Origin: a virus
Virus record (IMG/VR): IMGVR_UViG_3300045241_000059
Span: 1 to 43,218 of that record
Length of the DNA stretch: 43,218 bases
Direction: 5' to 3' (one strand)
Part shown: one piece after another, positions 24,396 through 31,981 of the stretch
Layout of the letters: every line of letters starts with the position of its first letter
Position numbering within the stretch: the first letter of the stretch is position 1
Made by a program: the position numbers and the translations under genes
Notes under the pieces: generated by a model
Told to the model about the DNA's origin: nothing
Seen by the model: only the letters and a program-made list of their open reading frames with translations
Database searches by the model: none

Positions 24396-24596
24396 TCATC
24401 CTCCGAGTTCACCGAACACTAACCAGTGGCGATATATGTTTTGCAGTTCGTCATACCGGCGAACGTCCATCGCCGTTCCAGCTGGCAGCTTTGCCACCAT
24501 GCTAAACAGCATCGCGATCGAGTAGCTGTGACGGCGGAAGGCCTCGGCCGCAAGAATGGACCATTGCCGCTTGTCGTAGGATGTAGGAGTGATCAT
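24396..24596 (-). CDS. Hypothetical protein
   Basis: Starts MITPTSYDKRQWSILAAEAFRRHSYSIAML at ATG 24596, after GAAAGGCAAAGCT. Confidence 0.5.
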   Translation of the reverse strand: MITPTSYDKRQWSILAAEAFRRHSYSIAMLFSMVAKLPAGTAMDVRRYDELQNIYRHWLVFGELGG

Positions 24597-24617
24597 AGCT
24601 TTGCCTTTCATGGTTAT

Positions 24618-24638
24618 GGGCACGTTTGCGGCGTGCCC
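24618..24638 (-). promoter_or_regulatory. Hairpin with CCGCAAA loop
   Basis: In the minus sense, GGGCACG-CCGCAAA-CGTGCCC. Confidence 0.55.
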
Positions 24639-24647
24639 GATTGTGAA

Positions 24648-24869
24648 CTATGCCGCACGTGCGGCCCGCATCTCATCGACTTGTGCAGCTGCCGCATCGA
24701 TAGCGGCCCGCGTCTGCGCTGCAAGCAAGCGCTTGAGCGCGATATTTTCGCGGGCGATGCACGGGAAATGGCGCTCGTTATGCGACCATGCGTCCGACAG
24801 TGCGACTTGCACGTCCAGCCATTGCGCCGTTGTCAGGGTGACGGTCAGGGGTTGATCAAATAGTTTCAT
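24648..24869 (-). CDS. Hypothetical protein
   Basis: Starts MKLFDQPLTVTLTTAQWLDVQVALSDAW at ATG 24869, after CCCGAAAGGCAAATCCA. Confidence 0.5.
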   Translation of the reverse strand: MKLFDQPLTVTLTTAQWLDVQVALSDAWSHNERHFPCIARENIALKRLLAAQTRAAIDAAAAQVDEMRAARAA

Positions 24870-24951
24870 TGGATTTGCCTTTCGGGTTTTGCGGGATTGG
24901 ACATCATCAGGCACGGCCCTACCGTGCGACGGGCTTGCGCCCGTTTCGTCC

Positions 24952-25284
24952 TTAGCGATTGAACAGCCGCACGATGCGACTTCGCAATGCTGCGGTGACG
25001 TGATCGGGGATATGCAGCGACCGTTGCTCTTCCGTCCCCGTCTCGAAATATTCGCGCGTCCCGTCATTCCAACGATAGAACGTGAGCCATCGGACATCAT
25101 CCGGACAGCCGGTACTATCGGGCTCGCAAGCGCCCGCCCATGATGGCTCGCGGTATTCAAGGCCTAGCCGGATTGCGTCCGTTAGGCTGCAATCCTCGAT
25201 CACATAGCCACGGTCGTCGGTATCGCCGGCCTCGACATCATCGTGCGACCAGCGTTCGAAGGTGACGGAAAAATTTTTGCTCAT
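24952..25284 (-). CDS. Hypothetical acidic protein
   Basis: 110-aa ORF. ATG follows CCTGAAAGGCAAAGGCA. Confidence 0.55.
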   Translation of the reverse strand: MSKNFSVTFERWSHDDVEAGDTDDRGYVIEDCSLTDAIRLGLEYREPSWAGACEPDSTGCPDDVRWLTFYRWNDGTREYFETGTEEQRSLHIPDHVTAALRSRIVRLFNR

Positions 25285-25374
25285 TGCCTTTGCCTTTCAG
25301 GTTTGCGGCGGATTGCCATTCATGCCCCCCCCTCGCGAGGGGCATGGGCTGCAATCAAATGCCTCCGTTTCGTT

Positions 25375-25569
25375 CTAGACTGGTGTGCAGTCGTCCAAGT
25401 AAACGCGAATTACCTTGCCGCTTTTGTCGAGCTTGACGCGCGCGACGGTAAGTCCGCGCGGGTCTTTGGGATCAAGAAACCGCTTGGGCTTGCTGTACCC
25501 AATGATTTCGCCGTAGCGATCGCCCATCATCCAACGGTCGGTGTAGGCAGGAATTTGCACGCGGGTCAT
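25375..25569 (-). CDS. Hypothetical protein, first gene of the leftward early operon
   Basis: 64-aa ORF. ATG follows CCTGAAAGGACACACC. Confidence 0.55.
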   Translation of the reverse strand: MTRVQIPAYTDRWMMGDRYGEIIGYSKPKRFLDPKDPRGLTVARVKLDKSGKVIRVYLDDCTPV

Positions 25570-26189
25570 GGTGTGTCCTTTCAGGTTGCGGGATTGTCAG
25601 TCTGAGGTGAAATCAGAGCCGGCGCCGCATGGGCGCCAGGTCTGATATCGCCATTGCCTGGGGCGGATGTTTCGGCGACGGGACAGGCATTTGCGCCTGG
25701 CGTTCGATCCGTCGGGCCACCGCATTGGCGCGGCATTGCGGCTAGCCCTTCCGCGCACATGCGCGACTGCTAATCCGGTCCCGAAACCCGCGTTGCCAGT
25801 TCACGTTAGAGGCTGCCTGCGGGTTAACGTGACTACATTAAGCAGACGCCTACACCATTGTCAACCGGAAACGTCATCAACTATCACTTGTCCAAAAAAT
25901 AGTTGGCGGCCACTTTCCTAACTGATTTTGCTGCGCTGCAACCGCCGAATCTGTTGTGATAACACGGTTCGAAATGGCCGTAAGTCTTTGATCCTGCTTA
26001 TGTCGAGTGACATCTTGACAAGTGGTTTAGTCCTAGCCTCTACTCGCGCGCGGCTCCCGCCCTTGCCGTCCCCCCATTCCCAGGTTTGCTACGAATTGCA
26101 CCTAGGCCAGGTGATCATGGCGTTGGGAACCGCTATGTCGGTTTGGATATAGCGCTGCGTGTTCCCGTTATGTCCTTGCCATCCGTGTT

Positions 26190-26470
26190 AACAGGGATAA
26201 CATGCCTAGGATATCAGTCCTAGCAAGCGGGCGCCCCCATAAGACCCGAAAGGAACTCCCCGCAGGGGGGGGGTAGGGGGGGGTGAAGTTATCCGAACGA
26301 CAGCCAAGGGGCCCCAGCACCACCCAGGAAACCGGCGGCAGAAATTCTGGGCACACCAGCCCCATCCTCTGCGGGGTAAGATCTAGGGAGCACGGGGCAG
26401 CCAAGGGGCGGAGACCCTCGGACGGCCAGTAGCGGGGGTCGGCAAAGAGGAGAGGTCTTGTCGGAAGCTG
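26190..26470. ncRNA. Candidate structured GC-rich non-coding element (class unknown)
   Basis: No credible ORF. GGATAAC (26195-26201) can pair with GTTATCC (26288-26294), enclosing a CTAGGA/TCCTAG hairpin (26206-26223), a CC-GAAA-GG mini-hairpin and C-run/G-run pairings. The 12-mer CAGCCAAGGGGC occurs at 26301 and 26398. Confidence 0.25.
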
Positions 26471-26474
26471 TGCC

Positions 26475-26663
26475 ATGAGAACGGAACACAAGCCAACCGA
26501 GCCTGATCCCGACCTGGTGCTGCTGGCAAGCCTGCTCTTTGCGGCAGAGCCGGAGGGGGACGCCTCGGGGGCTAAGGCGGCGATCGGACGGCTGGCACTC
26601 AAGCTGTACGTGTTGGAGCAGTGTAGCAAGGGGCGTGACAAGCCGCCAAAACCTACTGCATAG
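26475..26663 (+). CDS. Small hypothetical protein
   Basis: 62-aa ORF with G/C-rich third codon positions and GGAAG 9 nt upstream. Confidence 0.45.
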   Translation: MRTEHKPTEPDPDLVLLASLLFAAEPEGDASGAKAAIGRLALKLYVLEQCSKGRDKPPKPTA

Positions 26664-26687
26664 TGTAGTAAGGACCGGAGGTCACGG

Positions 26688-27932
26688 ATGGCGATGGGCG
26701 ACCTGGCGCGGCTGCCGCGGCCGGACGAGGACGGCAGCGATAGTTACGATGTCCCTATGGGCTCGTTGCTGCGCGCCGACGATGGCAGGCTAATGGCCCC
26801 GCCCCGCAATCCAGCGATGCCGCCGCAGAGCGTCGTCGACCTGTTCGCGCCCAATCTGTCACGGCCAGAAACTTACGCCCCGCGGTCGGCCGACTTGGTA
26901 CCCAATGCAGCCGGCAAGGTCCCGACTAGCGATCCGCTGAGCACAGGTGCTGCTGCCGATCTCGCCAACATGGCGGGCTATGCCATCCCGTTCGGCGGAC
27001 CGACGGCAGCGACTACCAAGCTGGCGCTGCCGTTGCTCGCGGTCGGACGACGGCTGGTACCGGCAGCGGAGGAAGCGGCTGCGACCGGCATCCGCGCCTA
27101 CCACTCCTCGCCGCACGATTTCGAGAAGTTCGATTTCGGCGCGGGCACGGCCCGTACCGGCGAGGGCGCGCAGACGTACGGACCTGGCGGCTACTTTGCC
27201 GAGAACCCAGCGGTGTCGGGACAGGGCGGGAAGTATTGGAACCAGTTTTTGCCGCGGTTTGCAGGAACGCCGGAGTGGGAAGCCGCCCTGGCTTTGCGAC
27301 GGGGCGGCTTTGATCGTGAAGCCGTCACGCGTCAGATGCGGGCTTACGTCGAGGACTTGCGCAAGGCTGGCGACAGCGATTGGCGCAAGTCGGTATTGCC
27401 ACTGCTCGAAAGCGGCAAGCCGGTCGGGCCGCGGACGTATGAGGTCAACATCAAGGCCCATCCGGACGAGATGCTGAACTACGACGTGCCACTGGCGCAG
27501 CAGAGCGAAGGGGTTCGGGAAAACCTCAAGGAGCTGATAGGGCGCGGCTGGAACGAGTTCAGGCACGCCGACCCGCACACCGCCATCAACCAGGGCCTCG
27601 TCGACTTTGACCCGCGCGCCGCTGCGTTCCGCATGCAAGAGGCCGGCATCCCCGGTATCCGCTACCTCGACCAGGGCTCGCGGGCATTTACAGATATGAT
27701 ATCTGTCGCCAAGCGTGACTTGCAGCGCGCTATCGAGAAGGGCGACGATCACCAAATCACTCGCATCAAAGCCGGTATTGCCGACCTCGAAAACAGAGCA
27801 GAGAAGGGCACCCATAACTACGTCATGTTCCCCGGCACCGAGGACAGGGTCCACATCATGGCGAAGTACGGCCTGGCAGGCGCCGTACCGACCATGGGCT
27901 CGCTGGCGGATATGAGTTACAGGGAACAGTGA
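26688..27932 (+). CDS. Hypothetical protein with a possible ART/PARP-like (H-Y-x) signature
   Basis: RBS GGAGG upstream. Contains AYHSSPHDFEKFD...GEGAQTYGPGGYFAENPAVSGQGGKYW and, late in the protein, THNYVMFPG. Confidence 0.7.
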   Translation: MAMGDLARLPRPDEDGSDSYDVPMGSLLRADDGRLMAPPRNPAMPPQSVVDLFAPNLSRPETYAPRSADLVPNAAGKVPTSDPLSTGAAADLANMAGYAIPFGGPTAATTKLALPLLAVGRRLVPAAEEAAATGIRAYHSSPHDFEKFDFGAGTARTGEGAQTYGPGGYFAENPAVSGQGGKYWNQFLPRFAGTPEWEAALALRRGGFDREAVTRQMRAYVEDLRKAGDSDWRKSVLPLLESGKPVGPRTYEVNIKAHPDEMLNYDVPLAQQSEGVRENLKELIGRGWNEFRHADPHTAINQGLVDFDPRAAAFRMQEAGIPGIRYLDQGSRAFTDMISVAKRDLQRAIEKGDDHQITRIKAGIADLENRAEKGTHNYVMFPGTEDRVHIMAKYGLAGAVPTMGSLADMSYREQ

Positions 27933-28027
27933 TGACGGAGGAGCAGCAGCTGCAGCTCTGGCGTGGATTGATGGTCGCAGCGGTGGTGGTGGTGCTGCTG
28001 GTGCTGGTGCTGACGGGAGCCTTGTAG
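27932..28027 (+). CDS. Small transmembrane peptide (31 aa)
   Basis: MTEEQQLQLWRGLMVAAVVVVLLVLVLTGAL. Start overlaps the upstream stop (TGATG). Confidence 0.45.
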   Translation: MTEEQQLQLWRGLMVAAVVVVLLVLVLTGAL

Positions 28028-28036
28028 GGAGAGAAT

Positions 28037-28255
28037 ATGGGCAAGCCAAAGGATATCGGCGACAACGAAGCGTTCCCCGCCATCATTGTCGAGGTCGACG
28101 GTAGCCCGCTTCCGTTCGATCCGCACGTCGGCGACTTGCTATCCTGGGACGGCAAATACTGGCAGATCGCGCGCTATAAGGGGGTCGCCTATCGGAACAC
28201 GGCAGAGGCGCTGCCAGCGGCGGACGTGGCCGAAGCGCCAGAGCTGGAGAAGTAA
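28037..28255 (+). CDS. Hypothetical protein
   Basis: 72-aa ORF with GGGAGAG upstream. Confidence 0.55.
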   Translation: MGKPKDIGDNEAFPAIIVEVDGSPLPFDPHVGDLLSWDGKYWQIARYKGVAYRNTAEALPAADVAEAPELEK

Positions 28256-28256
28256 A

Positions 28257-29102
28257 ATGGGCATGCCGGTGGTCAGTGTTGCCAGTGGCGGGCTTCCCGT
28301 CGTGGATGTCGGCGGGTCGTTGCGCGGCACGCCGGTGACAGAAGTGGCCAACGGCCGCGGTGTCCCCGTCACCAAGGTGGCGGCGCTCGGGCTGCCGGTG
28401 GTGTATGAGACGATCGGGGTGGGACCGAGCGGCGATCCATCCTGGACCAGCGTGAAACTGTTGATGGGGTTCAACGGCACCAATGGCGCCATCGGCGGCC
28501 CAGGATTTACCGACGAGAGCAGCGCCGCACATGGTGTTGCCAGCCAGGCGGGAAATCCGGCAATCAGCACCGCCCAATCGGTGTTCGGCGGGTCATCGAT
28601 GAAGTTTTCTGGGTTCGAGCGCGTGTATTACGCAGATCACGCCGACTGGAATTTGGCCAATGCGCCGTTCACGATCGAATGCCGATTGCAGCACAATACT
28701 GCCGGGCTGGTTTATGTCATCGGGCAGTGGGACGCTTCTCCCAACAACGGCTGGATCATCTACCTGAACACCGCTGTCCTGACTTTCAATCTCAGCACCA
28801 CCGGGTCCGACAATATCATTCAGATCACTGGCCCTGCATTGACGACCAACACCTGGTATGCGGTGGCGCTGGATTTCGACGGCACCAAGTACCGCCTGTA
28901 TGTCAACGGCGCCATGGTGGCGTCGTCCGTTACACTGCGCACCATCTTTAATTCCCCGCTCAATCTCGCCATGGGGTCATCGTCCTCTGGCGCCAACTAT
29001 CTGGTCGGCTACATCGATGAATTGCGCATTACCAAGGGTGTGGCGCGCTATGCCAGTGATGCCGGCTATACCGTAGCGGCAACGGCATTTCCAAGGATGT
29101 AA
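28257..29102 (+). CDS. LamG/concanavalin-A-like lectin-domain protein with N-terminal GxPV(V/T)xV repeats
   Basis: GGLPVVDV, GTPVTEV, GVPVTKV and GLPVVYE, then FTIECRL...WYAVALDFDGTKYRLYVNGAMV...GYIDELRITKGVARY. Start taken at ATG 28257. Confidence 0.7.
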   Translation: MGMPVVSVASGGLPVVDVGGSLRGTPVTEVANGRGVPVTKVAALGLPVVYETIGVGPSGDPSWTSVKLLMGFNGTNGAIGGPGFTDESSAAHGVASQAGNPAISTAQSVFGGSSMKFSGFERVYYADHADWNLANAPFTIECRLQHNTAGLVYVIGQWDASPNNGWIIYLNTAVLTFNLSTTGSDNIIQITGPALTTNTWYAVALDFDGTKYRLYVNGAMVASSVTLRTIFNSPLNLAMGSSSSGANYLVGYIDELRITKGVARYASDAGYTVAATAFPRM

Positions 29103-29163
29103 TGATGTCGAGCAAGCCATCGTCGCCTGCCGGTTCGTCCGGCTTCACGGCTGGGTGGCCGGC

Positions 29164-29373
29164 ATGAGCGCGTCGCCAATGACAAGTAAACCAGACCTGC
29201 GCGATCTCGCCCGCCAGATCCGCTTCGTGGCGCAAACCCACCCCTGCTGGTCGCAGGCGCAATTTGCGGTGGCTCAGCTCGAGGAGCAGCTCTGCGCCAT
29301 CGCCGCCGTGCACGAGCTCAATCGCAAGCTCTCCGACCTTCGGGCGGCCGCTCGCGCTGGCGCCACACCATGA
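29164..29373 (+). CDS. Hypothetical protein
   Basis: ORF in the track from GTG 29155; ATG at 29164. Helical composition. Confidence 0.45.
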   Translation: MSASPMTSKPDLRDLARQIRFVAQTHPCWSQAQFAVAQLEEQLCAIAAVHELNRKLSDLRAAARAGATP

Positions 29374-29726
29374 CAACCTCTCGGCACGATCCCACGCCCG
29401 TGTCGAGGCCCCTCCCGACGCTCCGGACGGTCCAACCTCGTCGGGAGGGGTTCTCACCAGGCTACGGCGAGTGCCCGTGCTGCTATGGCGAGCGCGTGCT
29501 CTACGCCTATGACCTCGACCAGCCGGCAACCCCGCAGCAGCATCCGTGCGGGCACTGCCAGGGCAGCGGCCAAGTGCCGATTGACAACCACATATCCGCA
29601 GATGCGACACCGATGCGGAGTGCGTCCGCAATGGTCTACGCAGTCCGCACGGTCCTCAAAATCCAGAAAAGCCGCAGCAAAACCAAATCCGCAAAACCCG
29701 CAAAACGACAGGGACGCAAACGATGA
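29370..29726 (+). CDS. Zinc-finger protein (CxxC ... CxxCxGxG) with a basic tail
   Basis: Contains CPCCYGERV...CGHCQGSGQV. ATGA overlap with the upstream gene. Confidence 0.55.
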   Translation: MTTSRHDPTPVSRPLPTLRTVQPRREGFSPGYGECPCCYGERVLYAYDLDQPATPQQHPCGHCQGSGQVPIDNHISADATPMRSASAMVYAVRTVLKIQKSRSKTKSAKPAKRQGRKR

Positions 29727-30205
29727 TGAAGTCCAGGGAGGCGCTGATCGCCCGCAGAGCCGAGCCGGATTGGGCCAAACGGAAGGAGCCTGCGGAGCCG
29801 ACGCCAGCCGCGCAGCAGTTCCTCGAGACCGCCCTGGCTCTCGACGAGAGCGTGCTCGATAATCAGGAGCGGCTCGAGCGGGAAATCCAAGCACTGCGCC
29901 GCAATAATGCGAGCTTGGGCAAGCTGCTCGAGGACGAGCGCCGCCGCCACGCCGCCGCAGTCGAGCGCAGGGACTACTATATGCGCTACTGCATCGAGAT
30001 CCGCACCCATCTGACCCACGTCATGCACGCCGCCCACGCTGCCAACGAGCGCGCCCTGGCCTGCGCCGAGACGCCCAAATCGGAAGCGCACCCGCCGGCG
30101 CCAACGATCGAGATCGAGGAGGCACTGGCGGCCGTGATCGCGCAAGATACGGCTCCAAAGGAGCCTGTACCTGCTGATAAAGTCCCAACAGGAGAGCCGT
30201 CATGA
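29723..30205 (+). CDS. Hypothetical coiled-coil protein
   Basis: 160-aa ORF overlapping the upstream stop. Confidence 0.55.
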   Translation: MMKSREALIARRAEPDWAKRKEPAEPTPAAQQFLETALALDESVLDNQERLEREIQALRRNNASLGKLLEDERRRHAAAVERRDYYMRYCIEIRTHLTHVMHAAHAANERALACAETPKSEAHPPAPTIEIEEALAAVIAQDTAPKEPVPADKVPTGEPS

Positions 30206-30414
30206 ACCTGTTCGTTCGCATCCTGTCGATCTTGCTGGCAATCGCCTTTGTCGTGCTCGCCTACTACGTAGTCATTTACGTGCTGGGACTCCTGGGAATA
30301 CATATCCCACAAAATATTTTGACTGTCGTGTTTGTCATCATCGCTCTTCTGGCTGCGATCGCAGCCTTGTCAGGGCGGTTTGACGACATCACGACTTGGG
30401 GGCGTGGACCATGA
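30202..30414 (+). CDS. Small two-TM membrane protein (holin-like by topology only)
   Basis: [32 protein letters not shown]...[21 protein letters not shown] upstream. Confidence 0.6.
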   Translation: MNLFVRILSILLAIAFVVLAYYVVIYVLGLLGIHIPQNILTVVFVIIALLAAIAALSGRFDDITTWGRGP

Positions 30415-30888
30415 GACGACGATTGGCCGATTGGCTTGTTGTTCTTTTCTGGTCGCCCATTTGCAGTTCGACGGCTCGTAATCGCCGTCGTTGTCAATGC
30501 GCTCGATTGTCAAGCCGGGTGGACGCGGCCCCATATCCGCAATGAAATTAGGGTATTGGAGCCACCGCTTGCACACCTTGATGCCGCGGCCGCCGTAGTC
30601 TTTCCACTGACGGACATTCGGATTGATGCAACGCTGCAACATCGCGACCCAACAATTGTATTCCGGCGTTCGAGCGCCGTTCCGGCTTTCCCCGTGCTTG
30701 AGGTGAAATCGTGTGCAGCCGCAAGATTGGGTTTCCCCGCGCTGCAAATGGTCGAGCCGAGCAAGAACATGCCTGCCGCAGTCGCACCGGCACTCCCAGT
30801 GCGTCATTCTCTGGTGTTGAGTTTCGGGGCGCTTCACGGCCGTCAATCGACCAAAGCGCAATCCTGCGATATCCTTGAATTTGGGCAT
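30370..30888 (-). CDS. Homing-endonuclease-like DNA-binding protein (phage HNH/AP2-associated family)
   Basis: Contains RFGRLTAV...WECRCDCG...SCGC and [15 protein letters not shown]...[12 protein letters not shown]...[36 protein letters not shown]. Confidence 0.65.
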   Translation of the reverse strand: MPKFKDIAGLRFGRLTAVKRPETQHQRMTHWECRCDCGRHVLARLDHLQRGETQSCGCTRFHLKHGESRNGARTPEYNCWVAMLQRCINPNVRQWKDYGGRGIKVCKRWLQYPNFIADMGPRPPGLTIERIDNDGDYEPSNCKWATRKEQQANRPIVVSWSTPPSRDVVKPP

Positions 30889-30920
30889 CGCTACAACCAG
30901 GCCTCCACGATCGACCTCGA

Positions 30921-31433
30921 ATGAGCTACTACGACCGCACCAACGTCGTTCATCTTGACGGCTCGTCGATCTTTCACAAGCCGGAAGACCAACGCGCCGA
31001 GCGCGAAGTGGCAGACCAGATCAGCGCGGCGTGGAAATGCAAGCTGTACTCGTTCGGAGCGCTGGCGCCGATCGACTGGTACGCGCTACGCCACGATCGC
31101 ATGGTCGGCGTGCTCGAGCTCAAAACACGGCACCACGCGAGCAATCTCTATAGATGCGTATTTCTCAATGTCCGAAAGTGGCTTGCATTGTCGCTTGCGA
31201 GTGTCGGTCTCGGTGTGCCGGCGATCTTTGTGGTCAAATTTTCCGATTGTGTTGTTTGGATTCCGTCGAGCGAGATCGATCCAAAACCGATGCGGATCGC
31301 TGGCTGCTCGCGACTGGTGAAGTCCTGCAACGACATCGAGCCGATCATCATGATCCCGTTTACCTCGATGCGACCATTGCGCCGAGGCGTGCTCGTTAGT
31401 GGATTGGGGGGAAGGCTTCGGGCGGGATCCTGA
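30921..31433 (+). CDS. Putative PD-(D/E)xK-fold nuclease
   Basis: [21 protein letters not shown] fits a D...ExK arrangement. 170 aa. Confidence 0.45.
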   Translation: MSYYDRTNVVHLDGSSIFHKPEDQRAEREVADQISAAWKCKLYSFGALAPIDWYALRHDRMVGVLELKTRHHASNLYRCVFLNVRKWLALSLASVGLGVPAIFVVKFSDCVVWIPSSEIDPKPMRIAGCSRLVKSCNDIEPIIMIPFTSMRPLRRGVLVSGLGGRLRAGS

Positions 31434-31599
31434 CATGCTCGTCGGTTCCTGGCTTCGCCACCGACGCCGGCAACTCTCCCGAACGACATTTTTGCGCCAG
31501 CGCTACCTTCGCTTGCCGGCGGGTTCTGCCGGTGCGTTGCATGACGAGCTCGATCGCCTCTTCCCAACTGATCCAGTCTTTGATTTTCTCGGTGGCCAT
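31396..31599 (-). CDS. Hypothetical protein
   Basis: Starts MATEKIKDWISWEEAIELVMQRTGRTRRQAKVALAQKC at ATG 31599. Confidence 0.45.
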   Translation of the reverse strand: MATEKIKDWISWEEAIELVMQRTGRTRRQAKVALAQKCRSGELPASVAKPGTDEHVRIPPEAFPPIH

Positions 31600-31692
31600 T
31601 CTCCGCTTCCTCGGTGACGTCGTTGGCGGCCTGCACGACCTTGTCCATGATGTGGGTGGCGAGGTCGCCACGAACGTGTTTTGGTGTCTTGC

Positions 31693-31920
31693 TCATGGCT
31701 TGTCCTTGGGTTTTCCGAGCTTCTCGAGACCCCGCCGCGCCGCCTGCTCGATCTCAACCACCGCACCTCGACCGGTGACCAACTCCTCGAGTTCCAGCGC
31801 GTCGAACTCGGCCAAGAGTCCAGGCGACCTCATCAGCTTTTCGAACGCGCTGCGGGTCGCATGGCAGTGCTCGATCAGCTCCAGCAGCTCGCGCACGGCT
31901 TTTTTCTGTTTCGCATCCAT
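31693..31920 (-). CDS. Hypothetical protein
   Basis: 75-aa ORF with ATG start, 10 nt downstream of a palindromic operator. Confidence 0.5.
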   Translation of the reverse strand: MDAKQKKAVRELLELIEHCHATRSAFEKLMRSPGLLAEFDALELEELVTGRGAVVEIEQAARRGLEKLGKPKDKP

Positions 31921-31927
31921 CCCACAT

Positions 31928-31944
31928 AGCTACATAATGTAGCT
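31928..31944. promoter_or_regulatory. 17-bp perfect palindrome AGCTACATAATGTAGCT (operator)
   Basis: Core CTACATAATGTAG at 31930-31942, of the same type as the sites at 19970, 19996 and 35016. Confidence 0.6.
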
Positions 31945-31981
31945 GCCCCTGTACAGCCGCATTGTTTCACGTGACACGATG

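Noticed and set aside
25955-25985. GGTTCGAAA T-loop-like sequence, as a hint of a tRNA or tRNA fragment (att site).
   Set aside because: The flanks form no T-stem complement, acceptor stem or anticodon arm. No cloverleaf could be drawn anywhere in the window.
26301-26409. The repeated CAGCCAAGG resembles part of the SRP (4.5S) RNA domain IV sequence.
   Set aside because: Only a 9-nt similarity. The surrounding symmetric-loop and GNRA hairpin context of SRP RNA is absent.
26168-26641. 157-aa minus-strand ORF and other ORFs (25667-25921, 25928-26152, 26289-26489) inside the large non-coding segment.
   Set aside because: They have S/P/L/R-rich compositions that do not look protein-like, non-ATG starts, no ribosome-binding sites, and one runs through the G-runs. 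They are treated as non-coding.
28257-29102. A diversity-generating retroelement targeting the LamG or Ig-like proteins (expected by analogy with BPP-1-type podophages).
   Set aside because: No reverse transcriptase ORF (no YxDD-type motif in any frame listed), and no template/variable repeat pair was seen near these genes.
31396-31696. Possible frameshifted fusion of MSKTPKHVRGDLATHIMDKVVQAANDVTEEAE (start 31696) with the MATEKIKDW ORF (start 31599).
   Set aside because: The first frame continues for 182 codons antisense through the neighbouring gene and looks non-coding after about 30 aa. There is no slippery site, and the evidence is insufficient. Only the ATG 31599 ORF is annotated.
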